From the NCBI GenBank assembly GCA_963761305.1, contig CAVXGK010000002.1, forward strand, positions 2,464,001 to 2,528,000: a stretch of DNA of 64,000 nt, written 5' to 3'. A program made the translations under genes and the position numbers. The first letter of the stretch is position 1. The number at the start of each line of letters is the position of its first letter. Below are positions 40,361 to 50,334 of this stretch, one piece after another. Origin of the DNA: an uncultured Gemmatimonadaceae bacterium (GTDB lineage: Bacteria > Gemmatimonadota > Gemmatimonadetes > Gemmatimonadales > Gemmatimonadaceae). The notes under the pieces were generated by a model. That model was given only the letters and a program-made list of their open reading frames with translations, was not told where the DNA came from and ran no database searches.

Positions 40361-41496
40361 CGATCGCCGTCTCCGAGTCCACGGAAGCGATCGGCGCACG
40401 CGTGCGTGACGCCGCCCGGCGCGGCGCGCGCGTGCGCATCGTCGGCGCGGGAACGTGGCTCGACGCGGGACGGCCGGTGGATTCGTCGGAGCAGCTTTCT
40501 CTCGCGGCTGAGACCGGCATCGTCGAATACACCCCGGGCGACCTCACGCTCACCGCCCGCGCGGGCACCACGCTTCGCGAAATTCACGACGCGGTCGCGC
40601 CGCACGGACAATGGCTCGCGCTCGACCCGTTCGGTTCCGACGATGGCACCATCGGCGCGACGATCGCGACCGCGTCGGCCGGCCCGCTGGCGACTCGCTT
40701 CGGCGGGCCGCGCGACCTCACGCTCGGCCTCGAGTTCATCAGCGGCCGCGGCACGACTGTCCGTGGTGGCGGCCGCGTGGTGAAAAACGTCGCCGGTTTC
40801 GACCTCACGCGCCTGCTCACCGGCTCGTGGGGAACGCTCGGCGTCATCACGGAAGTCAGCGTCCGGCTGCACGCGCGGCCCGAAGCCGAGATCACGTTGA
40901 GCGTGCGCGCGGCGTCGACGAGCGACGACATCGCGAGAGTTCGCGCCGCGCTCAAACGCTGGCCGTTCGTTCCGTTCGCCTGTGAAGTCGTGAGCGAGAG
41001 CCTCGGACGACAGATCGGCGTCGGCGGCGCGGTCGCGCTCTTCCGAGTCGGCGGGAACGCCGAGGCGGTCGCGGCGCAGAAGCGCGCCGTCGCCGAGCTC
41101 GGCGACACTCGCGACGTGGAACCGGATGTTTGGGGCGCGCTTCGCGCCGCCGAGCGCGACGCGTCGATCGTGCTCCGCCTCTCGCGCGCGCCGGCGGACG
41201 TCGCCGCGACGTGGAATGATTCGCTGGCCATCGCCGCGGCCCCGGGTGCGTGGACGAGCGCCTCGCCGGTGCGCGGCATCGCGCGGTGCGTGATTCCGTC
41301 CGCCGTCGCACCAATGCGGCAACTGGCGTCGGTTCTGAGTGGAGTCGGTTCGCGCGTCATCGCCGAGCGCGCGCCGGAGGAGCTGTGGAGCACTCCACCG
41401 CTCGCGCGCGACGCCGATCAGCTTCAGTCCCGCATTCGCGACGCCTTCGATCCGCAGCGCATGCTCAATCGCGGCATTCTCGGCGCCGGAACGTGA
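40357..41496 (+). CDS. glcE: Glycolate oxidase FAD-binding subunit GlcE-like
   Basis: YTPGDLTLTARAGT, GGRVVKNVAGFDL, GSWGTLG, FDP..LN.G. Confidence 0.92.
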   Translation: MTIAVSESTEAIGARVRDAARRGARVRIVGAGTWLDAGRPVDSSEQLSLAAETGIVEYTPGDLTLTARAGTTLREIHDAVAPHGQWLALDPFGSDDGTIGATIATASAGPLATRFGGPRDLTLGLEFISGRGTTVRGGGRVVKNVAGFDLTRLLTGSWGTLGVITEVSVRLHARPEAEITLSVRAASTSDDIARVRAALKRWPFVPFACEVVSESLGRQIGVGGAVALFRVGGNAEAVAAQKRAVAELGDTRDVEPDVWGALRAAERDASIVLRLSRAPADVAATWNDSLAIAAAPGAWTSASPVRGIARCVIPSAVAPMRQLASVLSGVGSRVIAERAPEELWSTPPLARDADQLQSRIRDAFDPQRMLNRGILGAGT

Positions 41497-42803
41497 CACT
41501 ACCGGCGACGGCGTCCGACTGCGCGATTCCAGGGACGCCGCTCGCCGGCCAGCGCGCCGGTTTGGACAAATGCGTCCACTGCGGATTCTGCCTGCAAGCC
41601 TGTCCGACGTACGTCACGCTCGAGGACGAGAACGACAGCCCGCGCGGGCGCATCGTTCTCATGCGTTCCGTCTACGACGGCACGCTCGCGCCAACGAGCG
41701 AGAGCGTGGAGACGCACATCGAGCGGTGCCTCGGCTGTCGCGCGTGCGAAACGGCGTGTCCGTCCGGCGTGCCGTATGGATTCTTGCTCGAAGCCACGCG
41801 CGCCACGCTCGCCGAGCACAAACGGCTCCCGCGCATCGCGCGCGTGATTCTCTCGACGTTCGAGCGGCCCACGCTGCTCGCATTCGCGATGTTCGGCGGC
41901 CGCGTGCTTCGCGCGACCGGCGTCGCGCGTCTGCTGTCGCGCCTTCCGGGACGGTTCGGTTTTTCGATGGCGATGCTCGCCTCGACGCGTCGTTCTCCGC
42001 GTCGCGGCGCCTCCGGCGACGAATCCGAACGCGCCAACACCGGCGATCGCGGGCGCGTCGCTCCGCTCACCGGCTGCGTGATGGAGGGATTGTTCGCCGA
42101 CACGAATCGCGCCACCGACCGAGCCCTTGCGGCCAACGGCTACGCCGTGATCGCCGCGCCGGGCCAGGGTTGTTGCGGCGCGCTGCACGCGCACGCGGGT
42201 GACGCCGAGGGCGCGCGTCGCTTGGCGCGGCTGAACATCGCCGCGTTCGAGCAGGCCGGCGTGGACTACATTTGCGTGAACGCGGCGGGGTGCGGAGCCG
42301 CGATGAAGGAGTACGCCCAGCTGCTGGCCGACGATCCGGCGTGGCGCGAGCGGGCCGACCGCTTCGCCTCCAAAGTGCGCGACGTGTCGGAGCTGCTGGC
42401 GGTCGCCGGTCCGCGTCCGGGCGGGACGGTTCATATGAAGGTCGCCTACGACGCTCCCTGTCACTTGCTCCACGCACAACGCATCGCCAATCCGCCGCTC
42501 GCCGTGCTGCGCGCCGTTCCCGGCGTCGAGCTCGTTCCGCTCGCCGAGAGCGAGATGTGCTGCGGCAGCGCCGGGATCTACAATCTCGTGGAGCCGGAAA
42601 CGTCGGATCTGGTATTGCAACGAAAGCTGAAGAACATTGAGGCGGCCGGAGCCGACGTGATCGCGACGGGCAATCCCGGCTGCATGATGCAAATCGGCGC
42701 GGGCCTTCTGCGCGCCGGATCGAAGGTCACGGTCGTGCACCCGATCGAGTTGCTCGACGAGAGCTACGCGGCCGCGACGGACGAACGAGGGATGACGAGA
42801 TGA
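41493..42803 (+). CDS. glcF: Glycolate oxidase Fe-S subunit GlcF-like
   Basis: CVHCGFCLQACPTY, CLGCRACETACPSGV, CCGAL, CCGSAGIY, NPGC. Confidence 0.92.
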   Translation: MTLPATASDCAIPGTPLAGQRAGLDKCVHCGFCLQACPTYVTLEDENDSPRGRIVLMRSVYDGTLAPTSESVETHIERCLGCRACETACPSGVPYGFLLEATRATLAEHKRLPRIARVILSTFERPTLLAFAMFGGRVLRATGVARLLSRLPGRFGFSMAMLASTRRSPRRGASGDESERANTGDRGRVAPLTGCVMEGLFADTNRATDRALAANGYAVIAAPGQGCCGALHAHAGDAEGARRLARLNIAAFEQAGVDYICVNAAGCGAAMKEYAQLLADDPAWRERADRFASKVRDVSELLAVAGPRPGGTVHMKVAYDAPCHLLHAQRIANPPLAVLRAVPGVELVPLAESEMCCGSAGIYNLVEPETSDLVLQRKLKNIEAAGADVIATGNPGCMMQIGAGLLRAGSKVTVVHPIELLDESYAAATDERGMTR

Positions 42804-43894
42804 GCAGTCCGCATTTTCAACCGGATGTGGGTTCGCGCACGGCAACCGCGACACCACCGGTGCTGGAGCTCGGCGGGCGTGACGTCGTCGTGTCCTACTC
42901 CGACGTGGCGGCGGAGTTCGACGCGTTGCGCAGCGGCGCGATCGTCGTGGATCGCAGCTTCCGCGGTCGCATGCGCTTCTTCGGCGAGACGTCGGGCGAG
43001 GCGCTCACCGGACTCGTCACCAGCGACGTCGTCGGCGCCGTGCCCGGGCACGGACACTACGCCGCGGCGCTGTCGGCGAAGGGACGCATCGTCGCCGACC
43101 TGCGGATCTTCGCCATGCCGGTCGCGTCGTCGTATCTCGTCGATACGCCGCCGCGCGCCTGGCCGGGCTTCCTGGCGATGGTGAAGAAGTACGTGAATCC
43201 GCGAGTGTCCGGCTATCGCGACGACTCGCACGCGATTCGCGACGTCGGGATCTTCGGCGCCGACGCGCGACGCATCGTCGCGAAGTTGTCCGGCGTCTCC
43301 GCCGAGGCGCTCGTCGCGCTCGAACCGTTCGACAACGTGACGGCGACGATTCACGGCGCCGAGGCGCTCGTCGCCCGCGTGCCGGACCTGGGGCTCGAGG
43401 GATACGAGCTGTTCGTGCCATTCGAGATCTTTGATGCCGTCTGGCGCGACGCGCGCGCCGCCGGCGCGGTTCCGGCCGGTCTCTCGGCGTGGGAGATCGC
43501 GCGCGTCGAGGCGGGGCGCCCCGAGTGGGGCATCGACATGGACGAGAACACGATTCCCCAGGAAGCCAACTTCGACGAGCTGAACGCGATCTCGTACACG
43601 AAGGGCTGCTACATCGGGCAGGAGGTCGTGGCGCGGGTGCACTTCCGCGGACACGTGAACCGGCATCTGCGCGGCCTTCGTGCCGCGGGGCCTCCGCCGC
43701 CGACCGGCGCCCAACTCATCGACGACGCGGGCAACCACGTGGGAGACGTGCGCAGCGCGGTGCAATCGCCGCGGCTCGGCGGCATTGCGATCGGAATGGT
43801 GCGGCGCGAAGTCGCGCCGGGCACCGCGCTGACGGCGCGCACGGAGCAAAGCGAGCAGCGAGTAGACGTGGCGGCGCTTCCCTTCTCGGCATAG
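42800..43894 (+). CDS. YgfZ/GcvT family folate-binding protein
   Basis: KGCYIGQE motif, RVEAGRP, GcvT-like N-domain. Confidence 0.92.
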   Translation: MSSPHFQPDVGSRTATATPPVLELGGRDVVVSYSDVAAEFDALRSGAIVVDRSFRGRMRFFGETSGEALTGLVTSDVVGAVPGHGHYAAALSAKGRIVADLRIFAMPVASSYLVDTPPRAWPGFLAMVKKYVNPRVSGYRDDSHAIRDVGIFGADARRIVAKLSGVSAEALVALEPFDNVTATIHGAEALVARVPDLGLEGYELFVPFEIFDAVWRDARAAGAVPAGLSAWEIARVEAGRPEWGIDMDENTIPQEANFDELNAISYTKGCYIGQEVVARVHFRGHVNRHLRGLRAAGPPPPTGAQLIDDAGNHVGDVRSAVQSPRLGGIAIGMVRREVAPGTALTARTEQSEQRVDVAALPFSA

Positions 43895-43901
43895 CGAACG
43901 C

Positions 43902-44903
43902 GTGCCGCGCGCGCTCGTCACGGGCGGCACGGGTCTCGTCGGATCGCACGTCATCGAGCGTCTCGTGCGCGACGGCTGGATCGTGCGCGCGCTCGTGCGG
44001 TCGCCGTCGCGCATGGTCGAGACGCTCGGCGCCGAGTGCGTGATCGGCGACGTGCTGAACGGCGACGAATTCTCGCGCGCCGCCGCGGGATGTGACGCCA
44101 TCTTTCACAACGCGGCCGCGATCACGCCGCGCGGCGGCTGGGAGTCGTTCCGCCGGCTCAACCTCGACGGCACGACGCACGCGGTCGCCGCGGCGCGCGC
44201 GAGCGGCGCGCGGCTCGTGCACCTGAGCAGCGTGGCGGTGTACGGCCCGAGATCGCGCTTTCGCGCCGACGGGCTGGCAACCGATGAAGCGACGCCGTTC
44301 TCGCCGCTCCCCGAGGGCGCGTACTACGCGCGGTCGAAACGTGACTCGGAGGAGCTGGTGATGCGCGCGCACGCGGCCGGCGAGATCTGGGCGACAGCGC
44401 TCCGTCCGCCTGTGATCTATGGAAGACGCGATCGGCAGTTCGTGCCGCGCATGGCGCGGTTCGTGTCGCGCGGATTCGCGCCGCTCATCGGCCCCGGCGC
44501 GTCCAAGTTCGCGATCGTCAACGCGGCCAACGTCGCGGACGGCGTCGTGCGCGCGGCGACGAGCGCCGCGGCCGGCGGACAGGCGTACAATCTCGCCAAC
44601 GACTTCGACGTCACGGTGCGGCGGTTCTTCGAGCTGGCCGGAGAAGGGCTGGGCCGGCGGATCCGGTTCGTCAGACTCCCGCTGCCGGTCGCCCGCGGCG
44701 CGTTGCGCGGCGTGAAGGCGGTCATGCGCGTGGTCACGGGCGGCACGACGAGCGTGGTGTCGAGCGCCTCGCTCTCACTCCTCACGCGCGACAATCCGTT
44801 CACGTCGGAGCGCGCGCGAGTCGAGCTGGGCTGGGCGCCGTCGGTGCGTCCGGAGATCGGCATTCCCGACGCCTTCCGCTGGTGGCGCGAACACCGTCAT
44901 TAG
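43902..44903 (+). CDS. NAD-dependent epimerase/dehydratase family protein
   Basis: LVTGGTGLVG, SSVAVYG, YARSK, RPPVIYG. Confidence 0.92.
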   Translation: MPRALVTGGTGLVGSHVIERLVRDGWIVRALVRSPSRMVETLGAECVIGDVLNGDEFSRAAAGCDAIFHNAAAITPRGGWESFRRLNLDGTTHAVAAARASGARLVHLSSVAVYGPRSRFRADGLATDEATPFSPLPEGAYYARSKRDSEELVMRAHAAGEIWATALRPPVIYGRRDRQFVPRMARFVSRGFAPLIGPGASKFAIVNAANVADGVVRAATSAAAGGQAYNLANDFDVTVRRFFELAGEGLGRRIRFVRLPLPVARGALRGVKAVMRVVTGGTTSVVSSASLSLLTRDNPFTSERARVELGWAPSVRPEIGIPDAFRWWREHRH

Positions 44904-44905
44904 AG

Positions 44906-44939
44906 AAAACAAAAAGGCGCGACCGGTGGTGGTCGCGCC
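44906..44939 (-). terminator. Intrinsic terminator of the minus-strand lipoprotein gene
   Basis: Stem ggcgcgacc/ggtcgcgcc followed on the minus strand by tttttgtttt. Confidence 0.85.
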
Positions 44940-44962
44940 CATGTTACGCCGAAGGCGGAAGC

Positions 44963-45172
44963 TTACGGCTTCTTCTTCATCTTCGTCGTGTCCTTCTTCG
45001 TGGTGTCCATGTTCATCTTGCTGCTGTCCATCTTCATGCCGGTATCAGTCGCAGGCGCGGCCGCGGGGGCGGGCGCCATCGCGGGCGGGGTGGTATCCTT
45101 GGCGGCGCTCTCGGACTTCGAGCAAGCAGCTACAACCGCGAGCACAGCGGCAGCGAAAGCCAGGCGCTTCAT
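44963..45172 (-). CDS. Small secreted lipoprotein (69 aa) with Met/Lys/Asp-rich tail
   Basis: AGGAG SD; MKRLAFAAAVLAVVAAC lipobox; tail DTGMKMDSSKMNMDTTKKDTTKMKKKP; own promoter and terminator. Confidence 0.85.
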   Translation of the reverse strand: MKRLAFAAAVLAVVAACSKSESAAKDTTPPAMAPAPAAAPATDTGMKMDSSKMNMDTTKKDTTKMKKKP

Positions 45173-45252
45173 GACATTCTCCTGAAGAGTAGGACGAGAG
45201 AGTAAAATCCGCGTGGTTCGTGCACGCGACGGAGGCTCGGGTGAGCGGGTGT

Positions 45253-45280
45253 AACTTATGGGCCTCAGGGGGCGTGTCAA
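45253..45280 (-). promoter_or_regulatory. Sigma-70-type promoter of the small lipoprotein gene
   Basis: Minus strand TTGACA (45280-75), 16 nt, TAAGTT (45258-53). Confidence 0.7.
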
Positions 45281-45393
45281 GGCGTGGCTGACGGTGAGCC
45301 AAGTCACCACAGGGCAACGAGTTCCTCGTTGCGGCCGGCGACCGAAGAAGGCCGGGGCTGGTTCGCGCGGAACGTGCGTCCTAGGTTGCCGGG

Positions 45394-47503
45394 ATGCGGG
45401 ACGACGGGACTCCAGACGGCATCGGCGCGGGTTCGACGCACGTCGTTCGCGGCGCGTGCCCGCACGATTGCCCCGATACATGCTCGATGCTCGTCACCGT
45501 CGAGTCGGGGCGCGCCGTCCGCGTCGCGGGTGATCCGGAACATCCGTTCACGCGCGGATTCCTGTGCGCCAAGGTCAATCGATACGTCGAGCGCACGTAT
45601 CACGAGGACCGGCTGCTGCACCCGATGCGCCGGGTCGGCCCTAAAGGTTCAGGAAAATTTGCGCGGATTTCGTGGGACGAGGCGCTCGACGAGATCGCGA
45701 CGCGCCTGAACGACATTCGACGTTCGAGCGACGGCCCGCAGGCGATCCTTCCGTATTCGTACGCCGGCACGATGGGGATCGTGCAGGGATCGTCGATCGA
45801 CCGCCGGTTCTTCCATTCCATCGGCGCGTCGATGCTCGACCGAACGATCTGCTCCATGGCCGGCACCGTCGGCATGCGCATGACGTTGGGCGCGAACATC
45901 GGGGCGGACCCCGAGGGGATCCCCGAGAGCGACCTCGTGCTGCTGTGGGGCACGAACACGCTCACGTCGAATCCCCACCTGTGGCCGTTCGTGCTCGAGG
46001 CGAAGTCGCGCGGCGCGACGATCGTCGCCATCGACCCGATTCAAACGCGCACCGCGGCGCAGTGCGACGAATGGATCGGCATTCAGCCCGGCACCGACGC
46101 GGCGCTGGCGTTGGGGATGATGCACGTCGTCCTCGAGCGCGGACTGCAGGACGACGACTACATCGCGCGCCACACCGTGGGATTCGACGCGCTGCGCGAG
46201 CGCGCGCGCGAGTATCCGCCGGAGCGAGTCTCGCGCATCACCGGCATCGCGCCGGAAGTCATCATCTCGCTCGGCGAGCGATACGGACGCGCGAAGGCGG
46301 CGTTCATTCGCGTGAACTACGGACTGCAGCGGCACGCCGGCGGCGGGATGGCCGTGCGCACCATCGCCTGCCTGCCCGCGCTGACCGGGCATTGGCGCCG
46401 GACCGGCGGCGGAGTGCAACTGTCGTCGAGCGCGAACTTCGCGTTCAATACGGCGGCGGTGCAACGCCCCGATCTGTCGCCGCCGGTGCGCACGATCAAC
46501 ATGATTCGCCTGGGCGAAGCGTTGACGACGAAAGACGCCGGCGTCGGCGGCCCGCCGGTGCGCGCGATGATCGTGTACAACTCGAATCCCGCGGCCGTTG
46601 CGCCGGATCGCAACGTCGTGCTCGAAGGCTTGCGGCGCGACGATCTGTTCACCGTCGTGCTCGAGCACTTCCAGACCGACACCGCCGACTACGCGGACAT
46701 CCTGCTGCCGGCGACCACGCAGCTCGAGCACTGGGACCTGCATCTCTCGTACGGTCATCACTACGTCAACCTCAACCGGCCGTCGATCGAACCGTTGGGC
46801 GAGGCGCTGCCCAACTCCGAGATCTTCCGCCGCCTTGCCGCGCGGATGGGTCTGGACCACCCGTCGTTGCGCGACGACGATCTGACCGTGATTCGCCACG
46901 CGCTCGATTCGACGAGCGAGAAGCTGGCGGGCGTGTCACTCGAGGCGCTGCTCGAGCGCGGCTGGATGCGGCTCAACGTGCCGACGCCGTATCTGCCGTT
47001 CGCCGAACGGCGGCTTCCTCACGCCGTCGGGGAAATGCGAGTTCTTCTCCCCGCGCCTGCGGGACATGGGGCTGGATCCCGTCCCGACGTTCACCCCGCC
47101 CTACGAGTTCCCCGACGCCGTGCCGGAGTTGGCCGAGCGGTTTCCGCTCACGCTGATCTCGTCGCCGGCACATCAGTTCCTGAATTCGACCTTCGTGAAC
47201 ATCGGCGCGCTGCGACGCGGCGCCCGCGAGCCGGAGTGTCTGCTGCACTCGGCCGACGCCGAACGGCGCGGCATCGGCGCCGGGGCGCGCGTCGTCGTGC
47301 ACAACGACCGTGGCGCGTTCACCGCCGTGGCGCGGGTCGAGGACACGATCCGCCCCGGAGTCGTGTGGGCGCCGTCGATCTGGTGGGGAAAACTGGCCGC
47401 CGACGGCGCGAACGCGAACCAGACGACGTCGCAGCGCGAAACCGACCTCGGGCACGGCCCCGTCTTCTACGACAACCTCGTCGAGGTCGGATTGGCCGAC
47501 TAG
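45394..47503 (+). CDS. Molybdopterin oxidoreductase family protein, +1 frameshift near 47005-47008
   Basis: CPHDCPDTC, GFLCAK, ISWDEAL, LWGTN, TDTADYADILLPA; the continuation GGFLTPSGKCEF...FPLTLIS...FLNSTF...FYDNLVEV is in the next frame. Confidence 0.9.
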
Positions 47504-47635
47504 ACTCGGCGAGCATGCGCGCAAGCCCCCCCGGCGGCCGGTTCGCCGCTCTTGCGCGCTCTCAGTGTAGTCGCGTTCATTGCACGAGGGCCCGCGATGG
47601 ACGCGACGCCCTTCAGCTGCGAATCGGAGAACCAC

Positions 47636-49105
47636 GTGCAGGCACACCCGGAAACATTCGGCGCGCTCAAGCGCTCACCCTATGGCGTCCCAGAGCGGGC
47701 GTTTCGCTCGGTCAAGGACGAGATGCGGCACAACCTGCTCGAGCGACTCTGCCAACGCGGACCGCTCTTCGCCGGCGTGATCGGCTACGAAGACACCGTG
47801 ATGCCGCAGCTGGTGAACGCCGTGCTCTCGCGTCACAACTTCATCCTGCTCGGTCTGCGCGGTCAGGCGAAGTCGCGCATCCTGCGCGCGCTCGTGACTC
47901 TCCTCGACGACGCGATGCCGATCATCGCCGGCAGCGAGGTCAACGACAACCCGTTCGTGCCGATCTCGAAGTTCGCGCGGAACCTCATCGCCGAAGCGGG
48001 CGACGATACGCCGATCGCCTGGGTCGGCCGCGACAATCGTTACGTCGAAAAGCTCGCCACGCCCGACGTCACGATCGCCGACCTCATCGGCGACCTCGAC
48101 CCGATTCGCGCCGCGCGCGGCGGGCATCTCTTGTCCGACGAGCTCACGATTCACTACGGCATGCTGCCGCGCGCCAACCGCGGCATCTTCGCGCTGAACG
48201 AGTTGCCGGACCTCGCCGGCAAGGTGCAGGTCGGCTTGTTCAACGTGATGCAGGAAGGCGACGTGCAGATCAAAGGCTACCCGATCCGCCTTCCGCTCGA
48301 CGTTCAACTCTGTTTTACGGCGAACCCGGAAGATTACACGGCGCGCGGCAAGATCATCACGCCGCTCAAGGATCGCATCGGCAGCGAGATCGTCACGCAC
48401 TACCCCGCGACGGTCGAGCTCGGAATGGACATCACGCGCCAGGAAGCGTGGACCAAGCGTGACAGCCGCACCGTGCGCGTGCCCGAGTTCATCTCCGAGA
48501 TGATCGAGCGCGTCGCGTTCGAGGCGCGCACCGACCGCCGCATCGACAAGCGGTCCGGCGTGTCGCAGCGCATGCCGATCACCGTGACCGAGAACGTGGT
48601 CTCGAACGCCGAGCGCCGCGCAATCGTCTCGGGCGACGCCGACATCGTGCCGCGCGTGTCGGACATCTACGCCGCGCTGCCGGCGATCACCGGCAAGATC
48701 GAGCTCGAGTACGAAGGCGAGCTGGTCGGCGGTCCGACAATCGCGCGCGAGCTCATTCGCCGCGCCGCCGACGCGACGTTCCACGAGCGCGCGGGCGGCG
48801 TGAACGTCGACGACATCATCATGTGGTTCGACGAGGGCGGCGCCCTCCAGGTGGCCGACGACGCGCGGGCCGAAATCGCCCTCGGCGGATTCGAGATCGT
48901 TCCCGACTTGATCCGCATCGTGCGGCACGTCGGACTCGCGATGGAAGACGATCCCGGGACGAGCGTCGCGGCGTGCGAGCTCGTGCTCGAGGCGCTCGTG
49001 GCGCGCAAGAAGATTTCCCGGTCGGAGGTCGGCCAGTACGGGCGCGCCGCGCCGGAGCCGCGCCGGCGGCCGAATCAGGATCTGTTCGGTGGCGGCGCGA
49101 CCTGA
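47636..49105 (+). CDS. Magnesium-chelatase-like AAA+ ATPase (Rv0958-type)
   Basis: GGAG SD before GTG; GLRGQAKS Walker A variant, YVEKLATPD, PRANRGIFALNELPDL, TANPEDYT.RG.IITPLKDRIGS. Confidence 0.88.
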   Translation: MQAHPETFGALKRSPYGVPERAFRSVKDEMRHNLLERLCQRGPLFAGVIGYEDTVMPQLVNAVLSRHNFILLGLRGQAKSRILRALVTLLDDAMPIIAGSEVNDNPFVPISKFARNLIAEAGDDTPIAWVGRDNRYVEKLATPDVTIADLIGDLDPIRAARGGHLLSDELTIHYGMLPRANRGIFALNELPDLAGKVQVGLFNVMQEGDVQIKGYPIRLPLDVQLCFTANPEDYTARGKIITPLKDRIGSEIVTHYPATVELGMDITRQEAWTKRDSRTVRVPEFISEMIERVAFEARTDRRIDKRSGVSQRMPITVTENVVSNAERRAIVSGDADIVPRVSDIYAALPAITGKIELEYEGELVGGPTIARELIRRAADATFHERAGGVNVDDIIMWFDEGGALQVADDARAEIALGGFEIVPDLIRIVRHVGLAMEDDPGTSVAACELVLEALVARKKISRSEVGQYGRAAPEPRRRPNQDLFGGGAT

Positions 49106-49673
49106 CGCGGCGTTCCGGGTCTCCGTTCGCCGCGCCGACTCGGGCGATCTGGCGACGGTAGTCTCGCTCCGTCTCGCGTTGCTCCGCGAGTACGGCGACC
49201 ATCCGCTCTACGCCGAGCTCGCGCCCGACGTCATCGATCGCGCATTCGATCTCTATCACGCGCAGATTCTCGCCGCCGACGAGCGCGTATTCATCGCCGA
49301 GGCCGGGGGCGAGGCCGTCGGGATCCTGCGCGCCGCCGACGTCCGCGGTTCGCCGCTCGTCCGTCCGGAGCGCTACTGCTACGTGTCGTCGGTCTACGTC
49401 GTGCCGTCGGCGCGCCGGCGCGGCGTGATGCGGGCGCTCGTGCACGCCGCCGAGGCGTGGTGCGACGAGCGCGGGCTCGGCGAAATGCGATTGCACAATG
49501 CAGAGTCGTCTCGCGTTGCGGCCGCGGCGTGGGGCGCATTGGGGTTCGCGGTCGTGGAACAGGTGCGACGGCGCACGATCCACGGACAGGCCGAGTCGCA
49601 CGAAAACGCCGAGATTGCCGCACACGTCGCCGACGCCGAGGTTGCCGCACACGTCGCCGACGTCGCGCGCTGA
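49089..49673 (+). CDS. GNAT family acetyltransferase
   Basis: YVSSVYVVPSARRRGVMRALV, WGALGF; C-terminal 9-aa duplication. Confidence 0.88.
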   Translation: MAARPDAAFRVSVRRADSGDLATVVSLRLALLREYGDHPLYAELAPDVIDRAFDLYHAQILAADERVFIAEAGGEAVGILRAADVRGSPLVRPERYCYVSSVYVVPSARRRGVMRALVHAAEAWCDERGLGEMRLHNAESSRVAAAAWGALGFAVVEQVRRRTIHGQAESHENAEIAAHVADAEVAAHVADVAR

Positions 49674-50309
49674 ATGCCGGTCATCACGATCTCGCGCGTG
49701 TACGGGTCGGGCGGCTCCGAGGTGGCGCAGCGCGTCGCCTCGGCACTCGGCTGGTCATTGCTCGACAACGACATCGTCGACGCGATCGCCGAACGCTCCG
49801 GACTCACGCGCGCCGAGGTGAGCGCGCAGGACGAACGCGTGCCGTCGCTCGTCGAGCGACTCGCGTCGGCGCTGTCGCTCGGATCGCCCGAGATGCTGCC
49901 GCCCGTCCCCACGGGTCCGATGGAAACCACCGAAGAGCGCGTCGTCGCCGTGACGCAGCGCGTGATCGAAGAGGCACTGCAAGCCGGTCCGGCGGTCTTC
50001 GTGGGACGCGGCGCCCAGTGCCTGCTCGCCGAGCGCGAGGACACGCTGCACGTGTTCTGCTACGCGCCCCGCGCGGCGCTGCGCCGATACGCGATGGAGA
50101 CGTTCAAGGTCGGCGCCGACGAAGCGGACAAGATCGTGGCCGATCAGAACAAGCAACGCGAGCAATACGTGCGGCGACACTGGAATCGCAACTGGCTCGC
50201 CCACGAGAACTACCACGTGTGCCTGAACACGGCGTGGCTCGGACTCGACGGAGCGGCGTCGCTCGTGGTGGAGATCGCGCGACGGCAGTTCGGCGCCGCG
50301 GCTCGCTGA
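49674..50309 (+). CDS. Cytidylate kinase-like family protein
   Basis: VITISRVYGSGG, VFVGRGAQ, YHVCLNT. Confidence 0.9.
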   Translation: MPVITISRVYGSGGSEVAQRVASALGWSLLDNDIVDAIAERSGLTRAEVSAQDERVPSLVERLASALSLGSPEMLPPVPTGPMETTEERVVAVTQRVIEEALQAGPAVFVGRGAQCLLAEREDTLHVFCYAPRAALRRYAMETFKVGADEADKIVADQNKQREQYVRRHWNRNWLAHENYHVCLNTAWLGLDGAASLVVEIARRQFGAAAR

Positions 50310-50334
50310 CGCTCCGCCGCCTGAATTCGGCGGC

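Noticed and set aside
45394..48462. 1022-aa ORF as a single large protein
   Set aside because: Artefact of the frameshift near 47008; the C-terminal half is off-frame Arg-rich sequence overlapping the real downstream genes.
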